Assembly (NCBI RefSeq): GCF_011386835.1
Contig: NC_088800.1
Coordinates: forward strand, 38,750,001-38,814,000
Reading direction: 5' to 3'
Length of the DNA stretch: 64,000 nt
DNA from: Chrysemys picta bellii
Taxonomy: Eukaryota
Shown here: positions 47,571 to 56,690 of the stretch, piece after piece
Layout: each line of letters begins with the position of its first letter
Numbering within the stretch: position 1 is the stretch's first letter
Program-made: the position numbers and the translations under genes
The notes under the pieces: generated by a model
Databases searched by the model: none
Seen by the model: the letters and a program-made list of their open reading frames with translations, nothing else
What the model was told of the DNA's origin: nothing

Positions 47571-50279
47571 GTGGAGTTGTGGGGGATCAGGAGGCAGCTG
47601 GTGGTTCCCCAGAAGTTTCACCACAAGCTATTGTACCTGGCCCATGACATCCCTCTCGCAGGGCACCAGGGAATCTGGCGCACCAGGCAGAGGCTGCTAC
47701 AGAACTTTTACTGGCCTGGGGTCTTTACCAACGTCCGACAGTACTGCCGATCCTGTGACCCCTGTCAGAGGGTGGGGAAGGCCCGGGACAAGGGGAAAGC
47801 AGCGTTGAGGCCTTTACCCATCATACAGGAGCCTTTCCAGAAGGTGGCTATGGACATAGTGGGACCTCTCAGCAAGACGACCCGGTCAGGGAAGAAATAC
47901 ATTCTGGTGGTGGTAGATTTCGCCACCTGCTACCCCGAGGCAGTGCCCTTATCATCCATCGAAGCGGACACTGTGGCAGATGCGTTGCTGACCATTTTCA
48001 GCCGAGTGGGGTTTCCCAAGGAAGTCTTAACGGACCAAGGGTCCAACTTCATGTCGGCCCTACTCCGGTGCTTGTGGGAGAAATGCGGGGTCCGGCACAA
48101 CTGGGCCTCCGCGTATCACCCCCAATCCAACGGGCTGGTGGAGAGGTTCAACGGGACACTAAAGATGATGCTAAAAACATTTATGAACCAGCACCCACAG
48201 GACTGGGACAAGTACTTACCTCACCTGCTGTTCGCGTACAGGGAGGTACCCCAGGAGTCTACCGGGTTTTCGCCTTTCGAACTGTTATATGGAAGGCGGG
48301 TAAGGGGGCCCCTGGACCTGATGAGAGACGAATGGGAGGGAAAGGCCACTCCCGATGGAGAGTCGGTGGTGGAGTATGTCCTGACCTTCCGGGAACGACT
48401 TGCCGAGCTCATGGGCCTGGCCAGGGAGAATCTGTCCCGAGCCCAGAAGAAGCAGAAGGTCTGGTATGACCGCACGGCGCGGGCCCGCGCCTTTGTCACC
48501 GGGGATCAGGTGATGGTCCTCATCCCCGTGAGGAAGAACAAACTCCAGGCCGCATGGGAAGGGCCCTTCAAGGTTGTCAAGCAACTAAATGAGGTGAACT
48601 ATGTGGTGGAGCTGTCGAACCAGGCGCACCACCGCCGGGTGTACCATGTGAACATGATGAAGCCATATTATAACAGGGGGGATGTGGTGTTGGCCGTGTG
48701 TGGGCACTGGGAGGAGCAGGGAGATGACCCTTTAGTAGATCTATTCCCTGGGACAAGAGCTGGTTTCCCCCTGGAAGCAATTCCCCTCTCTCATCAGCTG
48801 ACCCCGGCCCAGCAAGCTGAGATCAGAGGGGTGCTGCATCTGTACCGACGGCTGTTTTCCAACCAGCCTGGACGCACTAATCTGACTGTCCACCGGGTGC
48901 AGACAGGATCACACCCGCCTATAAAATGCTCCCCCTTCCGAGTCACAGGGAAAACTGCTCAGGACCTGGAAAGAGAGGTCAATGACATGCTGGCTTTGGG
49001 GGTGATCCAGCTGTCCTCCAGTCCTTGGGCCTCGCTGGTGGTGCTGGTCCCCAAAAAGGACGGATCAATCCGGTTCTGTGTGGACTATCGGAAGCTCAAT
49101 GCCATCACTGTAGCCGATGCCTGCCCCATGCCCAGGTCTGACGAGCTCCTAGACAAGCTGGGAGGCGCTCGGTACCTTACCACCATGGATCTTACAAAGG
49201 GCTATTGGCAAGTGCCGCTGGATGCAGATGCCATGCTGAAATCGACCTTTATCACCCCTCTGGGGCTCTATGAGTTCCTGACCCTGCCTTTCGGCCTCAA
49301 GGGAGCGCCGGCCACCTTCCAGCGCCTGGTGGATCAGCTACTGAGGGAGATGGAGAGTTTTGCCGTGGCGTATATTGATGACATCTGTGTCTTTAGCCAG
49401 ACCTGGGAGGACCACGTGTCCCAGGTTAGACAAGTGCTGGACCGACTCCAGGAGGCTGGGCTGACCGTAAAAGCTGAGAAGTGCAAGGTGGGGATGGCTG
49501 AAGTATCCTACCTAGGTCACCGGGTGGGGAGCGGCTGCCTAAAGCTGGAACCAGCCAAAGTGGAGGTGATCAGAGACTGGCCTGCCCCCCAAACCAAAAA
49601 GCAGGTCCAAGCCTTTATTGGGATGGCGGGATACTATCGAAGGTTCGTGCCCCACTTTAGCGCCATAGCCGCCCCCATCACTGAGCTGTGCAAGAAGGGG
49701 AAGCCAGACAAGGTGGTCTGGACCGAGGAGTGCCAGAAAGCGCTCCGGGCGCTGAAGGAGGCTCTGGTCAGTGGCCCAGTTCTGGCAAACCCAGACTTTG
49801 ACAAGCCCTTTTTGGTGTTCACCGACACCTCAGACACGGGACTGGGGGCGGTGTTAATGCAGGAGGATGAAAAGGGGGAGAGACACCCGATTGTGTACCT
49901 GAGCAAGAAGTTGCTACCCCGGGAGCAGAACTACGCGGCCATCGAGAAGGAATGCCTGGCCATGGTGTGGGCCCTCAAGAAACTAGAGCCATATCTCTTT
50001 GGGCGACACTTCACCGTGCACACTGACCACTCTCCTCTGACCTGGCTACACCAGATGAAAGGAACCAACGCCAAGCTCCTGAGGTGGAGCCTGCTCCTGC
50101 AGGATTATGACATGGAGGTGGTCCATGTGAAGGGGAGTGACAACCTGATAGCGGATGCGTTGTCCTGGAGAGGGGGCCCTGAACTTCCCCAGGTCACTGG
50201 TCAGAGTGACCCCGCTCAGTTCAGTCTAGAAGGGGGGAGAGGTGTGACGGAGCAGGGCGGATTTGACCTGGGAATGTAG
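47571..50279 (+). CDS. Gypsy pol segment: integrase - reverse transcriptase - RNase H, 902 open codons
   Basis: HHCC zinc finger, DIVGP...DQGSNF...ERFN integrase core, YIDD RT site, RNase H TD..D/EKE/TDH; the frame runs through the PPT into the 3' LTR. Confidence 0.93.
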   Translation: MELWGIRRQLVVPQKFHHKLLYLAHDIPLAGHQGIWRTRQRLLQNFYWPGVFTNVRQYCRSCDPCQRVGKARDKGKAALRPLPIIQEPFQKVAMDIVGPLSKTTRSGKKYILVVVDFATCYPEAVPLSSIEADTVADALLTIFSRVGFPKEVLTDQGSNFMSALLRCLWEKCGVRHNWASAYHPQSNGLVERFNGTLKMMLKTFMNQHPQDWDKYLPHLLFAYREVPQESTGFSPFELLYGRRVRGPLDLMRDEWEGKATPDGESVVEYVLTFRERLAELMGLARENLSRAQKKQKVWYDRTARARAFVTGDQVMVLIPVRKNKLQAAWEGPFKVVKQLNEVNYVVELSNQAHHRRVYHVNMMKPYYNRGDVVLAVCGHWEEQGDDPLVDLFPGTRAGFPLEAIPLSHQLTPAQQAEIRGVLHLYRRLFSNQPGRTNLTVHRVQTGSHPPIKCSPFRVTGKTAQDLEREVNDMLALGVIQLSSSPWASLVVLVPKKDGSIRFCVDYRKLNAITVADACPMPRSDELLDKLGGARYLTTMDLTKGYWQVPLDADAMLKSTFITPLGLYEFLTLPFGLKGAPATFQRLVDQLLREMESFAVAYIDDICVFSQTWEDHVSQVRQVLDRLQEAGLTVKAEKCKVGMAEVSYLGHRVGSGCLKLEPAKVEVIRDWPAPQTKKQVQAFIGMAGYYRRFVPHFSAIAAPITELCKKGKPDKVVWTEECQKALRALKEALVSGPVLANPDFDKPFLVFTDTSDTGLGAVLMQEDEKGERHPIVYLSKKLLPREQNYAAIEKECLAMVWALKKLEPYLFGRHFTVHTDHSPLTWLHQMKGTNAKLLRWSLLLQDYDMEVVHVKGSDNLIADALSWRGGPELPQVTGQSDPAQFSLEGGRGVTEQGGFDLGM

Positions 50280-50587
50280 CCTGGGAGTTACATTGAGCTA
50301 CCTGAGCTGTAACCTGAGCCGGGGGTGGGGTGGGGAAAGTGACACCTTCTGCCCGGGAGACTGAACAAAGGAGAGGAGGAGCAGAGGGGAGGGGAGAGAG
50401 CTGCTGGAGGGTTTGGAACGTCTTCAGTTTTGGGCTGGGAGGTGCAACGCAGGGAACCCCAAGCTGGGGTCTAAGCTCCCTGTGCTTCCCCAAGAAGACT
50501 TGATTGAGGGGTCCTGGTTGTATCTACGAGCTCTGCTGTAGACTGTGTTCCTGTTAATAACAGAACAGCACTAGCTGTCACCTTCAG

Positions 50588-52545
50588 AAATGTAGGCTCA
50601 GTAGAACTACCATTAAGTGGATACATAATGGTTAAACAACTGCAAAACAGAGGAACTATTTATGGAATGACATCAGTGTGGAAGATCTTGAGTAGGGTTC
50701 CCTAAGGCTCTGTTCTGGGGCCAGTGTTACTTAACATTAAGGAGCTGAATGTAGGAGTAGAGCTACTGATCAAGTTTGCAGATGAGACGAAGCTGGGGGT
50801 TGTAAACAGTGCTGAATGTGTAATGAAAGATACCAGCCTCCCCCCCACACACACACTCAAACAAACAAACAAAAAAACTTCCATAACCAGATGCAGCAAT
50901 CCTAGAGATATTGGGGCTCCAAACTGCCAAGTCTAGAGGTGCCAGGGCTTAGTGCTGGCACAAGTTAAGTACTGGGTATAAACACGTTAGAGGATAAGAA
51001 CTAAAATTTAGAGAGAATCTTGACAAATTAGAGAACTGGGCAATAGACAAAATGAAATTCAATTAAGAAAAGTTTAAGATGCTACACTTAGGGAAGACAA
51101 ACCAAATGCACAAACACAGATTGGGGGATAACTGGTTTGTCAGCAGCACTGCTGAGAAGGATTGGGGAGTTGTGGTGGATCACAATCTCAGCAGGAGTCA
51201 ACCAAGCAATACCGTTGTGCCCCGCCAGAACAACTGCAATTTTGGGTTGCATTAACAGAACATACAAGTACTACTCCTCCTCATGGCTGGTTAGGCCTAA
51301 GCTGGAGTACTGTGTCCTATTTTGGACAGAGCTGTCTAGAAAGGATATAGAGAAACTGAAAAGGATCCAGAGGCAAGAAAAAAAAAAAATCAAAGGGATA
51401 GAATACAAGCCATATGAGCAAAGGCTGAGGGAACTGGGCCTAGGCCCTGACTTCTGATTGGGCCAGTGCATGCTTGATCCCCTCTGCCCCCAGCCCTGCC
51501 CCCTCCTTCCATTCCACCCCCTCCCCCAAATCCCCAGCCCCGCCTCTTCCCAAGTGGGCTATGTTTCCACTCCCCCCCCCCCCCCGGAGCTTGCTACACT
51601 GCCAAACAGCTGTTTGGTGGCAGCAAGTACTGTGAGGTAGATAGAGGAGTGGGGAGGTGGTGGGCTCAGGGGAAGAGGCAGAGAGAGTAAGTTTGGCTGC
51701 TGCTGGGTGCGGAAGACCCATGGGGTCAGCCCCTATGGAACTGGGTACATTATATTTGGAAAAAAAAAGATGGCGGGGGGGGGGGGGAGAGAAATGACAG
51801 CAATCTTCAAATACTTGAAAGTCTGCCATAAAAGAAGATGGAGAACAATTGTTTTCTTGCCCCAGATGGCAGGACAAGAGGCAATGGGTTCAAAATTACA
51901 GCAGAGTAGATTTAATTTAAATCTCAGAAAAAATTAACTAAAAACAGTAGGACAATGGAACAGACTAGGAAACTTTTTCCAGAGGTTTTCAAAAGGAGAC
52001 TGGATAGCCATCCACAGGTGCCAACTCTGGGGGTGCTCCAGGGCTGGATCACCCATAAAAAAAGTGGGTGCTCAGCACCCACTAGCAGCCCCTCCCCCTG
52101 ATCAACTCCTGCCTGTCCCTCCAGCACCTTCTGTCCACCAGTGGGCCCCAGCAATCAGCTCCTCCCCTCCCAGCACCTCCCACAAGCAGGTGCCTCTTGC
52201 ATGCTGCTGAACACTGGGGTACAGTGAGGGTGGGGCATGCTCAGGGACAGGGGAAGGGGTAGAGGCCAAGGTAGAGCAGGAGGTCAAGCACCTGCCAGCA
52301 AATCAAAGACAGCACCTTTGTAGCTATCTGTCTTGGATGGTTTAGACCAGTGATTTTCAGCCTTCTCATTTGTAGGCCCTTAAATTTTTAGTGGAGGTGT
52401 GGATCCCTTTCAGCATCATCTGCAGACCCCCAGGGGTCCATGGATCATGTGTCTAAACCAATTTTCAACCTAACTCCTGCACCTTGGTAGGAGTTTAGAC
52501 TAGATGACCCTTGCAGTCCCTTCTAACCCCATGGCTCTATGCACT
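50588..52545 (+). mobile_element. CR1 LINE right half (RT C-terminus and 3' end), interrupted by small MITE-like inserts
   Basis: GSVLGPVLL, LIKFADETKL, ILGCINR, LVRPKLEYCV motifs; CR1-like tail near 52495-52540. Confidence 0.8.
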
Positions 52546-52675
52546 GGCTATCTCAGCTTGTCTCCTTCCGCACTTGCCCATAGAACAGAAGACCCCTCCC
52601 TCACCCACTAGGAAATCACCACTGACCAGATGAGACATTGTGTAGTTTTATTTTGTGTTAGACAAAAGGTGCCAG

Positions 52676-55600
52676 TCACACAACAGTTCCAGCAATGGCA
52701 CAGCTGTGGTTTTTGTATATGAAGCAGATGGCCAGAATCATGGAGGCCAAAGCTATGGCAGCTGCCACCAAGGTCAGTCCCAGCTCCAGCCCAGGATTCT
52801 CCTCTGCACCTACAGGAGAAGGTCAGTAGTTAGAACCAGAATTGGTGCTTAGTGGTGGGGGTGCACCACAGATAAGGGAATGCTGTGGTAGATGAAGTGG
52901 GAAGTTTTGTTTGTGCTGTTCAGCTATTGCTCAGCTTTGTGGACTTGATCCTCCATATTGATTCTGTTGACTAGTGTTTTAGTCAAGACCAACTGGAGTA
53001 AACAGGAATCTGGATTCCAGAGTTGTGGGTTTTAGGCCACCCTTTGGTGCAACCAATCATCTGAGCTGGGGGGGGGCGGGGGCGCACGGGGAAGATGGGC
53101 TGCATTGCTGATAGTCTAGATCAGGGGTCAGCAACCTTTCAGAAGTGATGTGCCGAGTCTTCATTTATTCACCCGAATTTAAGATTTCATGTGCCAGTAA
53201 TACATTAACATTTTTAGAAGCTCTTTCTTTAAGTCTAATAAATAAATTAATGGAGATATCCCATCTCCTAGAACTGGAAGGGACCTTGAAAGGTCATAGA
53301 GTCCAGCCCCCTGCCTTCACTAGCAGGACCAAGTACTGATTTTGCCCCAGATCCCTAAGTGGCCCCCTCAAGGATTGAACTCACAACCCTGGGTTTAGCA
53401 GGCCAATGCTCAAACCACTGAGCTATCCCTCCCCCCCTAATATATAAACTAAACTATTGTTGTATGTTTAAGAAGCTTCATTTAAAATTACATTAAAATG
53501 CAGAGACCCCTAGACTGGTGGCCAGGACCTGGGCAGTGTGAGTGCCACTGAAAAAAAAAAAAAAAAAAAAAAAGACCACCACAGCTTGCGTGCCGCCTTT
53601 GGCACACGTGCCATAGGTTGCCTACCCCGGTCTAGAAATTTCCCTCAGACACTGCAGAGAACTCCCCTGGATTTAGTTTGCTCTTTTGCTTGCCAGCTGC
53701 TGCCCACAGGCTGGATAGCACTAAGACTCGTCTTTGAAAGGGACATTATTCAGGGTTCCCTTGAGGTGGAAGGCATCCCCTCTCCCCTGAAAGGGGGGTA
53801 ACATATGCTCCCAGGGTGCATGCCTGGTTCTTATAACCTAGACAATACCTGGTGCGGCTGCCTTCCCTGCTTCCATTCGATCTTCTACAACACCCCTGGA
53901 TTCTTGATAGGCATCAAGGATGATTAGGGGTCCTACCACAACATCAGCCTCTTCTACCCTCACTGAGAAGTCACCTGTATTGAAGAGAGGAGTTACCAGA
54001 GAACCCATCAACATTACTGCTCTTCTCATTTTAGAAGGAAGACAACCAAAGAACAGTGGGTTTTACTAAGAGAACCATTTCTTTGGGTTCAACCTCCTAT
54101 TAGCTACAAACGATGTACAGCCTACCATGTCTGGAGGCCACATCTCTCTGGAAGTGCCTGCCTGGCCGTCTGTCCAGAGGGCTGCCTCTCCCAGAATGTC
54201 CTCCAAGTAATGCACAATTTCCAGTCTCACAGCACCTGCAGATGTCTCTGGTGCCTTCCACTGGAGACCAGCTGGAACAGAAGAAGGGGCAGGGTCGCTC
54301 ACAGTAAGTCTTGTCCTCTCCATGCTGCTGATCCCACCAGCCCTCAAACCACCACCTCCATGGGGTTCTACTCCAGCTACTCACATGTTGCCTGCTTTGT
54401 TGAAGGAACAAGCCTTGTTCAAGGGATCTGGGGCTTGCTCAGCTGCAGTGACTTTCAGATGGCAGGTGATGTAGACCTGGAGGGGAAGTGGGAAGAGGGG
54501 TTAGGACTATCCCAGGGGACACTAACACCTGCTTAGCTTGGGGGGGGGGGGGAACCCAACTTCAAGCAGAAGTCTGGGAGCTCACCAAGTTCCTGGCATC
54601 TCCTGCAAACCTGAACACATCCACCATGAACTGCAGCGTGTCCTGCCTGGGCCTGGGGAATATGAAGGCTGAGGTGCTGTCATCTGATCTCCCATCCACC
54701 AGGCATCTACACACAAGAACTCTGGTTAGTAAGATCCCCACAGACTCAAGGTAGATTCTAGACTAGAAAGGGCTGCCACCTCTTACCCATTGAAGTCAAT
54801 GACAGCATAGTGGGGAGAGGAGTCCTTGTCTGGGGTCAGGGTGGCCACACAGCTGTCCACAAAGAGCCTCAAAGCCACATGGTTGCCAGTATGGACATCA
54901 GCTTGGATATGCATGACCTCCCCCAGCTGGAATCCATTGGAGGGTCTCTCAGCACTCCAGTCATCTGCAAGACAAGCTCACAGTAAGCAGGACAAACAGG
55001 CAGGGCTGGGCTCAGCTCCCCTGAAGGCACCTCCTACCTACTCTTCATCAGGCGCAGGAAGAAACCCAGCCTCTCCTCAGCAGAGAGGGTGGAACTGAAG
55101 GGAACCCACGTTGGCTTGATGGCTTTGCTGCTCACGTTGTCCTTCCTGTGAGAGGAGCAAACCTCAGTCACTGAGCCAGATCCCACAACAGGGACTGAAT
55201 GGGAGGGAGAGAACCTGAGCATCTCAGACACTCACCTGGGGTAGTGACACTCAATGGGAATCACAGCTGGACTGGTTCTCAGGATCACTGGGTTGCTGGC
55301 AGGGGCAGGGTTATAGTTCAAGCTCGTGCTGTAAATCAGGGAGTCTGGGGTCATCTGAGAAGAACCAGACATGGAAAGGTTAACAGCACACAATTGACAT
55401 AAAACTACAGTACTAGGTTCAGCAAGACCTAGACAGATATTTCCTATTAACAGAAAGTCTTCCAGCACATGCACAACTCATGAAACCACCAACCATCGCT
55501 GGAAGGTAATAGAAGCATAAGAGCTTTTTGAGCTTACTCCCCCAGAATGACTGCCTGGGGACTACTGATGGGCACTGTAGGGCCTTGTTCTGCACAGCTG

Positions 55601-56507
55601 TGGTCACCACAGCTACTGCTTCTAGTACTGTCCAACTATTTTGTAGGATAAGCTGTTTTCCCTTACAGGACAGCAGCATTCTGGAAGACAGTTGACATCT
55701 AGCACCCTTTGGCCACTCCAGTTCTGCTGTCTGTCATCTCTCTCTGGGAGCAGTGAAGCTGTTGTGGCTTCTTGAAATAGGGACTCCCAGTGGAGGAGGA
55801 GATTGCAGGGGCATGGCTCAGCTCACTCTTCTCTCAAGAGAAGATGTCACTCAAAGGGGAAGCTCTGACAGCAGCTGCCTCTTTAGCACTGCAAGCAGGG
55901 GAAACCAATAACTCTAGCTATGGACCCAGGCCATTAGGCATCCTAGATGTTAATATCAAACTAGCCTAGACATGCCCATCACCCACATACAGCACCATGC
56001 ATCACAGAAATTTAGCTGGGGCCTGCACAATGGGAGGGATCAAGATACTCATCTGACCCACTGGAGCACCAGGCTTGTATGAAGCTGTCTTACCTGTAAG
56101 GTGCTGCCACATTCATGGAGCCCAGCTGTAAAAGTCACTGTGTTCTCTGCAGCATTAAGGGACGTGTACTGGCAGGCGGCCGGGCCAAGGCTCAGGTCAG
56201 CAGCTTTGATCAGTCGCCCCGTCCCAAACAGATCCCTGTGCACAGTGATCACCAGCTGAGCCTCCTCACACTGCGCCGTGACAGGCTGTAGTGGGGACAC
56301 AGCCCTGAGCTGGGAAGAATCAACTCGAGCCCAGAGGTAGGGCTGGGCAAGAGAGGGCACATGGGGTTGTCTGCGAGGGGGCTCAGCCCTGGGGGATGGT
56401 CTCCAGATGGCTGAGTCTCTTCTAGAGAAATCCCAGGGATTGTAACAGGTCACCCCACTGACCACCCAGCACAGGAGAGCAAAGCTCAGGCTACCTCTAT
56501 GCCCCAT
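52676..56507 (-). CDS. ZP3: ZP3 paralog E, complete, 9 exons, 477 aa
   Basis: Exons 56094-56507, 55236-55354, 55042-55145, 54787-54964, 54586-54706, 54385-54476, 54126-54271, 53849-53974, 52676-52809 (total 1434 nt, in frame, GT-AG). Exon 7 is one codon longer. Confidence 0.95.
53122..53629. mobile_element. hAT MITE (same family as 41945-42255) in ZP3-E intron 8
   Basis: TIR-like ends and TSD GTCTAGAT/GTCTAGAA. Confidence 0.85.
53252..53437 (-). mobile_element. tRNA-derived SINE (tortoise Pol III/SINE type) nested in the hAT MITE
   Basis: Reverse complement of the 11984-12162 family. Confidence 0.87.
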
Positions 56508-56554
56508 CCTGCCTACCTGCAGCAAACCCAGCATGGAGAGAAACTGCTGCTCTG

Positions 56555-56690
56555 GGCCCTTTATATCCTGACCTAAAGCCAGCTCACAGCTGCCCCAGGT
56601 AATTAATTCCCCTGTCTCACCCAAAGCCCAGACCCTGGGGCAGGGAAATAATGAATGGGAATTAATACCACCTGGGAGTTGTTATCATTT
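56555..56690 (-). promoter_or_regulatory. ZP3-E proximal promoter (TATAAA 56560-56565, CAGCTG, CACCTG 56669-56674)
   Basis: TATA and both flanking E-boxes are kept; the middle segment is shorter than in A-D. Confidence 0.62.

Larger units (their letters stand above)
43933..50587 (+). mobile_element. Gmr1-type Ty3/Gypsy LTR retrotransposon (Gag-SCAN-PR-IN-RT-RH), near full length
   Basis: LTRs start TGTGACGG at 43933 and 50243; PPT AGAAGGGGGGAGAGG precedes the 3' LTR; integrase lies upstream of RT; the 3' LTR is truncated at 50587, so no right TSD. The 5' LTR end and PBS are not resolved. Confidence 0.93.
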
